64,000 bases of DNA, from positions 3,103-67,102 of IMG/VR virus record IMGVR_UViG_3300036761_001387; one strand, 5' to 3'. Positions 56,834 through 64,000 of the stretch are shown in pieces. The translations under genes and the position numbers were made by a program. The DNA comes from a virus. How positions within the stretch are numbered: the first letter of the stretch is position 1; every line of letters begins with the position of its first letter. The notes under the pieces were generated by a model. It worked only from the letters and a program-made list of their open reading frames with translations, searched no databases and was not told where the DNA came from.

Positions 56834-58096
56834 ATGGCTGTTATGAACGCCGCTGCGGTAGACGCCCTTCTGAAGGAGCGCTATCGCAAGGCTGTCCCGC
56901 AACTCTACGAGTCGGCCAAGACCTTCTGCGGCCGTCTCAAGAAGCGGGAAGATGTCGAACTCGTCGGTCGCCGGACCATCCGCGCGGCCAAGAAGCTGAA
57001 GCCCGGTGGTCAGTTCCGGACGTTCAACCCGGACGGCGGAGACCTCGGCCGCGGCGCTGGCGCGAACTACCAGTACACCACGATGACCACCCTCCCGCTC
57101 CTCCTCGCGCTCGAGAAGACCAAGAGCGCGATGTGGGAGACCGAACAGAGCGAGCTGTCGATCAAGAACGCCGTGCAGGAGCAGCTCACCGACGGCGTCT
57201 CCGAGTTCCAGTCGCACTGCGACCGCCACCTCCAGACGGACGGCACCGGCGCCCTCTGCCAGATCGCCTCGGGGCAGGGTACTGCCACACTCACGATGAC
57301 GACCCCCTACCGCTCGCGTCTCGTCCGTGAGAACAACCGGTACAGCATCTACGATTCCGGCCTCACCACGAACCGCGGAATCGTCGAGATCGACCAGAAC
57401 AACATGGAGACGGGCGTCGTCACGCTCATCAACAGCCCGGTCAACCCGGTCGTCGCGCTCACGCAGGCGAACGACTACTTCCTCGTCGACAACATCACCG
57501 GCGCGAACCCGACGTGGATCTACGGTCTGCGCTACCACCACAACAACGCGGCCTCGGGCTTCTGGATGGGCCTGAACCGCGCGAACGTCGCTCAGGTCCG
57601 CACCGTCGCCGTCAACGCGAACGGCCCCCTGAACGCCGTCCACTTCCGGCAGCTCAAGAACCGGATGCTGCTGCTCCGTGACGACTGCTTCTCCTCGGGC
57701 TCGTGGAGCTGGTACATGGCTCCCCAGCAGCAGCAGGCGTACGAAGAGCTGTCGCTCCAGATCACGAGCCGCCGCCGGCAGGGCACCACGCAGGAAGGCC
57801 CGGAGCTTCTCGACGACGTCGACCAGCTTCGGATCGACGGCATGGAAGCCGTGATCAACCCCAACGCCAACCCGTCGATCATCGACCTCATCCGCTGGGA
57901 CAACTGGTGGAGGGGTGAGACCGTCGAGTTCGGCCTCTACACCGTCGACGAGATCGACACGTTCCCGATCTACGGCGCCTCCGGCGGTATCGCCGCGGCC
58001 GACGTCATGTACTTCTGCCAGCTGGCCCAGTGGGGCGTCGACGACCCGCGCATGGGTGGGTACATCTACGGAGCTACGGTTCCGAGCGGATACTGA
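56834..58096 (+). CDS. Major capsid protein
   Basis: 420 aa, strongest codon bias, AAGGAG RBS, LQTDGTGAL motif, follows the scaffold. Confidence 0.85.
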   Translation: MAVMNAAAVDALLKERYRKAVPQLYESAKTFCGRLKKREDVELVGRRTIRAAKKLKPGGQFRTFNPDGGDLGRGAGANYQYTTMTTLPLLLALEKTKSAMWETEQSELSIKNAVQEQLTDGVSEFQSHCDRHLQTDGTGALCQIASGQGTATLTMTTPYRSRLVRENNRYSIYDSGLTTNRGIVEIDQNNMETGVVTLINSPVNPVVALTQANDYFLVDNITGANPTWIYGLRYHHNNAASGFWMGLNRANVAQVRTVAVNANGPLNAVHFRQLKNRMLLLRDDCFSSGSWSWYMAPQQQQAYEELSLQITSRRRQGTTQEGPELLDDVDQLRIDGMEAVINPNANPSIIDLIRWDNWWRGETVEFGLYTVDEIDTFPIYGASGGIAAADVMYFCQLAQWGVDDPRMGGYIYGATVPSGY

Positions 58097-58142
58097 TAAC
58101 TCGTGATGCTACAATACTTTACAGGAGAGAGCGACTAACCAC

Positions 58143-58805
58143 ATGATGTCTTCTACGCCCCGCCCCGACACGGAATCGCACGGGCTCCCGCAAGGGGCGG
58201 GGCCCTTTTCGTTCGACGACACGACCCTCGTCGTCCCCGACGGCGCGCGGATCGTCTGCCGCGAGCAGATGGATTACGAGCCGTACCCCGAGTGGAACGA
58301 ACACCTCGTGAAGCTCGGTGGCCTGAACCGATTCGGCAAACCGAACTACCGGCTCATCTGGGGCTGGGATCACGTCAATTACTACCCGTATCCGCTCCGT
58401 TCCTTCTTCCACTTCGAGCGCTGGCTCTCTCCCGAGATGCTCGGGACCGAAGAGCTTTGGGAGGCCCAGAACAAGCGTGAAGAAGAAATGGGAAACCACG
58501 TCGCCGTGACTGCATTCCCGAGGGAGGGCTCGTACTTCTGGATCTGGACTTGCCGTCTGCCCGACCGGAAGCCGAACCTCGACTACATCGAGGCCGTCTA
58601 CATCCGTAGCCGGATGAAGGTGAACCGGACGAGGCAGGAAGTGATTCAAGAATCCCGGGCGCAACGGATCCACGACAAGGTCGTGGACCGCGAATGGAAG
58701 CGCCAGATTCTCGCCGAACACGGCGTCCTCGACATCTCGGAAGACTACGCGCGCCATCGCCTCAGGAATCCGTCCGAGTGGCGGAACATCAACACGCTCG
58801 TTTAG
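58143..58805 (+). CDS. Hypothetical protein
   Basis: GGLNRFGKPNYRLIWG...FERWLSPE; AGGAG RBS. Confidence 0.7.
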   Translation: MMSSTPRPDTESHGLPQGAGPFSFDDTTLVVPDGARIVCREQMDYEPYPEWNEHLVKLGGLNRFGKPNYRLIWGWDHVNYYPYPLRSFFHFERWLSPEMLGTEELWEAQNKREEEMGNHVAVTAFPREGSYFWIWTCRLPDRKPNLDYIEAVYIRSRMKVNRTRQEVIQESRAQRIHDKVVDREWKRQILAEHGVLDISEDYARHRLRNPSEWRNINTLV

Positions 58806-58817
58806 AAAGGAGCCCCC

Positions 58818-59594
58818 ATGCCTCGCCCCGAATTCGCCCAGTCGACGATCTACAAGGACGCTCTTGCGCCGTCGGAGAAACGGCTCAAGAAGATCGTGTC
58901 CGTGTTCCCGGAGCCGATCTACATCCCGCACCACAGCGGGCATCGGAACATCCCCGCGAAGGGGAAGAACCAGAGGTACGCCTTCGTCGAGGTCGGTCCC
59001 TCGGTGGAGCGGATAGATCTCGGAGAGGGCCAGAACCTCGCCATGCTCTCGGTCTCGGCCCGCCGGACAGCGATGGACATCATCGGGCTGTCCGAGGAGG
59101 GCAAGGACGAGCTGACGGGGAAGGTGCTCGCGCCGGCCTACACGAGCAGCGATCTCTTCGATCAGGGGCTCTTCGTCCCGGAGGGCGCCGAGCCGACCGA
59201 GGAAGAGCTGCTGGCGGCCGAGCATCGCCGGGAACTCTGGATGGAGAGGATGATCATTCGCGGCGACAAGGCGTGGGACGTCAAAAATCGCCTGAGCGAC
59301 GTCCCCGGCGAGGCGCTTCTGGCGGCTCGCTACCGCGGCATCACGCGGCCGTGGTTCGGCGCGACGACCGGCTCGAGGATGGAGCGCTATCAGGACGGAT
59401 GCCCGGCCTGCGGGGCCGAACTCTTCACCGGGAAGAAGGTCTGCGGCGGGCCAGCCGCCCACCTCGTCCTGTGGGAAGAGGGCGTCGCGTACTGGAAGGA
59501 CGACCCCGACAGGAAGGCTCAGATGACGCCGCCCCCACCGCCGCTGCCGCGGCCTGCCACGGTCAACCAGAAAAAGGGAATGGAGGAGTTCTGA
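58818..59594 (+). CDS. Hypothetical protein with C-terminal zinc ribbon
   Basis: AAGGAG RBS; CPACG...C. Confidence 0.7.
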   Translation: MPRPEFAQSTIYKDALAPSEKRLKKIVSVFPEPIYIPHHSGHRNIPAKGKNQRYAFVEVGPSVERIDLGEGQNLAMLSVSARRTAMDIIGLSEEGKDELTGKVLAPAYTSSDLFDQGLFVPEGAEPTEEELLAAEHRRELWMERMIIRGDKAWDVKNRLSDVPGEALLAARYRGITRPWFGATTGSRMERYQDGCPACGAELFTGKKVCGGPAAHLVLWEEGVAYWKDDPDRKAQMTPPPPPLPRPATVNQKKGMEEF

Positions 59595-59595
59595 A

Positions 59596-60054
59596 ATGAG
59601 TTGGCTCGACATCCGAAACCAGAGACAGGCCGCGCAGGCCTACGACGCGGTCTACGCCAAGGCGGTCCTCGCCCACGCGGGCGGCGATTCGCTCAAGTTC
59701 CTGTGCCTCACCAGCACGGAGCCTTCGCTCAACGCCCTCTCCCACCTCCCGGGCGCGACGCCCGAGGCGAAGGTGGGCTACTTCCTCGACTGGCTCATGG
59801 CCGGTCTGTCGGTCTACCTGACCGCGTGGGACATGATCGGCGCAACCCACGACAGCGCCGGGCTCCGTGGGTGTACCCCCGTGAGAAACGGGGTCAAGAT
59901 CGAGGATCCGGCGGCGGCGGCGGAAGCAGCGTTCCCCGACGGCGGGGACCCGGACTGGGGCACCTACCATCTGCTCCGCAAGGCCGTGGCCGAGAACCCG
60001 AACTGCGCCGACGCCAAGTTCGCCATCTTCCAGAAGCGGGCCGCGGCAGCGTAA
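59596..60054 (+). CDS. Hypothetical protein, paralog of the 17252..18310 N-domain
   Basis: GGAGG RBS; manual alignment. Confidence 0.7.
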   Translation: MSWLDIRNQRQAAQAYDAVYAKAVLAHAGGDSLKFLCLTSTEPSLNALSHLPGATPEAKVGYFLDWLMAGLSVYLTAWDMIGATHDSAGLRGCTPVRNGVKIEDPAAAAEAAFPDGGDPDWGTYHLLRKAVAENPNCADAKFAIFQKRAAAA

Positions 60055-60057
60055 GCC

Positions 60058-61230
60058 ATGAGCGTCCCGACCTACGCCGAGATCACGGGCTCCGTAAGAG
60101 CGCTTCTCGACGATCTCGCCGTCGCTGGCGGCGCGATCTACGACGATACGTTCCTGCAGCCCTTCGTGCAGCTCGCCCAGAACACACTCGTCGCGCAGCT
60201 CGTCAGTGGAAGCGTGCAGTCGATGCTGTTTCGGACGGAGCTTCTTGTGCCGGCCGGGACGCTCTTCCTTTCTTTCCCCTTCGACGCGGCGCCGTCCACA
60301 CCGGCGCTCCCGACTGCGCTGATCGCGCCGGACCAGCTCTGGGAAGCCAAGGCTGGCTCGAACCTGATCAGCCCGAACGACTTCGCCTTCACGCCGTGGA
60401 CGAACGACAGCACCGTCAACCCGACCGTCACGGCCGGGCAGACGGACCCCTTCGGCGGAGTGCTCGCGACGAAGTGGGCTTACGCCGGGGTCGTCGCCCA
60501 CAGGGCACGCCAGATCACGACGAGCCTCCTCCAGCTCGGCCAGAACAACACGATCTCGATCTGGATGAAGGCGACGGCCCCGGCAAACGTCATCGTGAAG
60601 TCTCCGTTCGTCGGCGGCACGGACCAGACGATCGCCGTCACGACGAGCTGGCAGCAGTTCAACGTCTCCTTCGGCCCGAAGACGGACCAGACCAACGTCT
60701 ACCAGCAGGTCTGGCTGGATTTCGGCACGGCGGTCAACGACTTCTACCTCTACAACGTCCTGCTCGGAGCCGGGCAGGCTCTCAACGAAGACTTCTTCCC
60801 GATGACGGGGCCGGCGGAGATCCCGCGGATCCCGATGACGGACAGAATCAAGTTCTGGAACTGGACGGGCGACCGGATCTGGTTCCTTGGCGCGACGCAG
60901 GACCGGATCGTCCGGGTCGACTTCTGGGGCGATCTCAGTGCGGTCAGCTCGGCCGCCCCGACGGGGCGCGTGATGATCATCAACGGCGGGAACGCCCTCG
61001 CCTGTCTCGTCGCGTCGATGGCCGCGCGCTCGCGCCAGCAGCACAGTACAGCCGACCGGCTCGCCACTTTCAACATGAACGGCTCGATCGGCGGGCAGGC
61101 CGGCGTCGAGATCAACTCCATCATCAACACCGAGACGAAGACGCAGCAGGCCAATCCGGTCAGGCGCCGCCCGTACTTCGGGCGTGACCGCTACAGCAAT
61201 GCCGACTACTGGATCCGCGGAAGATATTAG
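60058..61230 (+). CDS. Head-tail adaptor-like protein with inserted CBM-like domain
   Basis: TYAEI...VRALLDD adaptor-type N-terminus; internal beta-sandwich. Confidence 0.65.
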   Translation: MSVPTYAEITGSVRALLDDLAVAGGAIYDDTFLQPFVQLAQNTLVAQLVSGSVQSMLFRTELLVPAGTLFLSFPFDAAPSTPALPTALIAPDQLWEAKAGSNLISPNDFAFTPWTNDSTVNPTVTAGQTDPFGGVLATKWAYAGVVAHRARQITTSLLQLGQNNTISIWMKATAPANVIVKSPFVGGTDQTIAVTTSWQQFNVSFGPKTDQTNVYQQVWLDFGTAVNDFYLYNVLLGAGQALNEDFFPMTGPAEIPRIPMTDRIKFWNWTGDRIWFLGATQDRIVRVDFWGDLSAVSSAAPTGRVMIINGGNALACLVASMAARSRQQHSTADRLATFNMNGSIGGQAGVEINSIINTETKTQQANPVRRRPYFGRDRYSNADYWIRGRY

Positions 61231-61249
61231 CCATAAGGAGGAAACGAAA

Positions 61250-61633
61250 ATGGCTTTGACTGGAACTGGTTCCGGGTTTCTCGACGCAGCCGACTTCGAG
61301 ATGGGTCGGCTCGTCACCGTCATCGTGGCCCCGACCGGCAGCTATCCGGCTGCCGGCGAGCCGCTGAACGACATCCTCGTGAATGCCGTGATGAAGGGGA
61401 TGGTGAAGATCGTCTCCGGCATCACTCCGATCAACGTGCTCGCGATCAACGACGACCTCGGGCACCTCTGGACGTACGACCGGGCGAACAACAAGCTCCG
61501 GAACTGGACGGCGATCAGCGCGACGCCCACGGAGCATTCGACCGGCGCGTACATCGGCAACGAGGCATCCTCGAAGATCGCGATCACCATCCTGATCGAC
61601 AAGGCCGCCTCGATGACCAAGGTCATCTTCTAA
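61250..61633 (+). CDS. Decoration/cement-like virion protein
   Basis: AAGGAGG RBS; TGSYPAAGEPL...YDRANNKL. Confidence 0.6.
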   Translation: MALTGTGSGFLDAADFEMGRLVTVIVAPTGSYPAAGEPLNDILVNAVMKGMVKIVSGITPINVLAINDDLGHLWTYDRANNKLRNWTAISATPTEHSTGAYIGNEASSKIAITILIDKAASMTKVIF

Positions 61634-61637
61634 TACC

Positions 61638-64000
61638 GTGTCGGAAGAAAACTTCAGCCCGGATACCCTGAGGATCTTCGGGGGGCTCTGTACCTTCGAG
61701 GATCGGCTGACCCTCCCGAAGGGTCTTTCCCCGAATTGCGCGGACGTCGAGTTCACGCCGGGGAGCGTGCGCTCGAGAGACGGGTACGGGCTGAAGTTGA
61801 CTTTCGAGTCCTATGTCGACTGGTTCAAGACCTTCGTTCGGAACGGCGTCCGGAAGATGCTTCTCCTGCTCAAGACGGGCGAGCTGATGGTCGAGTATCC
61901 CGAGGGGACCTGCGTCAAGCTGATGACCAACATCGGCTCGTACATCGACGTGCAGGGCTCATCGGAGACGATCGGGGAGCGCGCAATCGTCGCGATCTCG
62001 CAGGCCGGGGTCGGCATCGTGCCGCCCATCGTGACGGACGGCGCGACCGTCAGGCGCTTCACGTCTTCCGCCCCGCCGATCGGGGTCTCGATCGCCTCCT
62101 CGGCCACTGCCGGAACCATCCCGGCGGGGGTTTACTGGTTCTTCTGCTTCTACAAGTCTGAGGCGGGTTACCTGAGCCCGGCCTCCGTCCGCACCGGCTA
62201 CACGGCGCCGGGGGGCAAGAAGGCCGACATCACGGACATACCCCTCGGCCCGCCGGGGACTGTCGCCCGGATGTTCGCGTTCGGTCTGGCCGGTGGCGCT
62301 CCGACCGGGCCCTTCTTCTATCTCCCCGGGGATTTCGACGTCGGGAACAACACCACGACCACGCTGACGGTGAACTTCACGGCCGAAAAGCTGGCGGCCG
62401 GAGAGGACGCGAGCGAGTTGATGGAGAAGATCGTCCTCCCGCCTTGCGTCGGCATCGCGAGCTACAACGGGCGATCCGTCGCGATCGGCGTCCCGAACTT
62501 CGCGACGCCGGCTCTGGACCCGACCGGGACCATCTACTGCAGCACGTCGATTCTGCGCTACGTCACGACCCAGCTCTACAGCCCGGCCTTGGGCCACGAT
62601 CTTCCACTCGGCTGGGCGTCGGCCGCCGGGATCGCCGGAACCTTCGCGGTCTCCGCCATCGCGGGGCAGCCGAACTACTCGGCGGCCTTCACGAGCGCGG
62701 TCGGAGGCGGCGCCGATGCGTTCGAGACCATGTTCGGCTACGGGAACGGCGCAGCCTACGTCCGGGCGGGCGTCCAGTACCGGCTCGGAGTGCGGGTCAA
62801 GCGCAGCTCCGGTTTCGCCGCCGGGACATTCACGGCCGAGCTGAAGCTCTACTACGGGGCCTATCCGACGATCGCGAAGATCGACACCGTCAGCATCCCC
62901 GGCGCGATCGGGACAGAGTGGACGATGCTCTGGAGCACGCCGATTCTCGCTGGCCCGGCCGTGTCGGAACGCGCCGACATCTTCGTCACGCTCGCGGGGA
63001 TGACGGGCAGCCAGACCCTGACCTTCGGCGAGTGGTTTGTCCAGCTCGTCGAGACGGGCGACTCGAACTCCACCGCGTGGATCTCCGACGGCCAGAACCC
63101 GGAGGACTTCTTCCTCTCGCGCTCGCCTGTTCAGGTCTCCCCGGGAGATGGGCAGCAGATCCGAGCGGCCTTCATGCAGTCCGGGAACCTGTACCTCGTG
63201 AAAGACAACTCGATGTGGGTCACGACAGACAACAACGGGCCTCCGATCAAATGGGGTAAGGAGATCATCTCGCCGATCTGCGGGACGCCTTCCGTGAACG
63301 GGGTGGGGACAGGGAACAAGTTCGCGATCATCGCGGGCCGCGCCGGCGTCTATCGATTCGACGGCGGCTCCCCGGACAAGCTCTCGCAGGAGATCGAGCC
63401 GACGTGGCGCACGATCGACTGGACTCAGGGCTACCGGATCTGGGTGGCTGTGGATCCCGAGAAACAGCGGGTCAGGATCGGGATCCCGACGGACACCACG
63501 AAGCTCTACTGCGACAAGATGCTCGAGCTGGACTACGTCGACGGCTGGCAGTCCGGCCTGCTGTCGGGGGACGGTCGTGGCCGGAAGTGGTCGATCACGA
63601 ACCTGCGGAGCTACCACGGGGACATCGTGGAGCGGGACGACCTGTCGGCCTCTTTCTTCCTCGCGGGCGGGCGGGACACGACCTCGAATCTCGTCCCGAA
63701 CTCGATCTCCTTCGCCTTCACGCCGTGGGTGGCGAGCGGTGGCGCAGCGCCGACCGTCACGGGGTCTCAGGTCGATCCGCTCGGCGGAACATCCGCCTCG
63801 AAGTGGGCGACGTGGACATCGGGCGTGATGTGTTCGTACGACACGACGGCCTCGATCTCTGATGGGGTCTACTACACGATCAACATCTGGATCCGGAAGT
63901 CGACGGGCACGGGGACAGTCACCTTCACGTCCTCGAATCTGGGGACGGGCATCCAGACTCAGGTCGTGACCGTCACGGCGAACTGGCAACGGTTCACGAT
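61638..64000 (+). CDS. Tail hub/nozzle protein (P22 gp10/T7 gp12-like), runs off the window; absent from the ORF track
   Basis: GTG 61638 gives MSEENFSPDTLRIFGGL...PKGLSPNCADVEFTPGSVRSRDG; still in frame at IWIRK (63885). Confidence 0.8.
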   Translation, partial: MSEENFSPDTLRIFGGLCTFEDRLTLPKGLSPNCADVEFTPGSVRSRDGYGLKLTFESYVDWFKTFVRNGVRKMLLLLKTGELMVEYPEGTCVKLMTNIGSYIDVQGSSETIGERAIVAISQAGVGIVPPIVTDGATVRRFTSSAPPIGVSIASSATAGTIPAGVYWFFCFYKSEAGYLSPASVRTGYTAPGGKKADITDIPLGPPGTVARMFAFGLAGGAPTGPFFYLPGDFDVGNNTTTTLTVNFTAEKLAAGEDASELMEKIVLPPCVGIASYNGRSVAIGVPNFATPALDPTGTIYCSTSILRYVTTQLYSPALGHDLPLGWASAAGIAGTFAVSAIAGQPNYSAAFTSAVGGGADAFETMFGYGNGAAYVRAGVQYRLGVRVKRSSGFAAGTFTAELKLYYGAYPTIAKIDTVSIPGAIGTEWTMLWSTPILAGPAVSERADIFVTLAGMTGSQTLTFGEWFVQLVETGDSNSTAWISDGQNPEDFFLSRSPVQVSPGDGQQIRAAFMQSGNLYLVKDNSMWVTTDNNGPPIKWGKEIISPICGTPSVNGVGTGNKFAIIAGRAGVYRFDGGSPDKLSQEIEPTWRTIDWTQGYRIWVAVDPEKQRVRIGIPTDTTKLYCDKMLELDYVDGWQSGLLSGDGRGRKWSITNLRSYHGDIVERDDLSASFFLAGGRDTTSNLVPNSISFAFTPWVASGGAAPTVTGSQVDPLGGTSASKWATWTSGVMCSYDTTASISDGVYYTINIWIRKSTGTGTVTFTSSNLGTGIQTQVVTVTANWQRFT
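63884..64000 (+). repeat. Perfect inverted repeat, copy 2 (extends to the window end)
   Basis: Exact reverse complement of 19895..20011. Confidence 0.97.

Larger units (their letters stand above)
1..64000. mobile_element. Tailed phage (Caudoviricetes) genome, P22-like podovirus-type morphogenesis; partial or rearranged
   Basis: Terminase, portal, scaffold, capsid, nozzle-like tail protein, lysin, RecT and replication initiator present; no tape measure, sheath or host housekeeping genes seen. Confidence 0.95.

Noticed and set aside
1-64000. tRNA genes, integrase/att sites, stop-codon reassignment
   Set aside because: No cloverleaf or T-loop signature or recombinase motif noticed by eye; genes are intact under the standard code using all three stops.

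Overview
The whole window is a high-GC tailed bacteriophage genome with a P22-like (podovirus-type) structural set. No host genes, integrase, tRNA or CRISPR array are visible. Layout: (i) 1-3007 (+) small early-type genes. (ii) 3004-20019 (-) the distal late module: C-terminal part of a tail hub/nozzle, disordered ejection-type proteins, a 2974-aa polyvalent protein and an SLT lysin. (iii) 20016-37171 mostly (-) early, recombination (RecT plus exonuclease) and replication genes with sigma70-type promoters. (iv) 37342-64000 (+) TerS, TerL with a class 3 intein, about 25 fibre/decoration/lysis genes, portal, scaffold, capsid, adaptor and tail nozzle. The main discovery is three circularly permuted twister-like ribozyme motifs with covarying stems and pseudoknots, placed in front of genes of the early operon (33638-33706, 32617-32677, 30754-30813). 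Other highlights are two +1-frame genes with their own RBS nested inside the polyvalent protein gene, and a perfect 117-bp inverted repeat (19895-20011 vs 63884-64000). That repeat shows the left 20 kb is the inverted continuation of the right end, either a rearrangement or an assembly chimera. All product calls come from motif recognition by eye; no database search was run.
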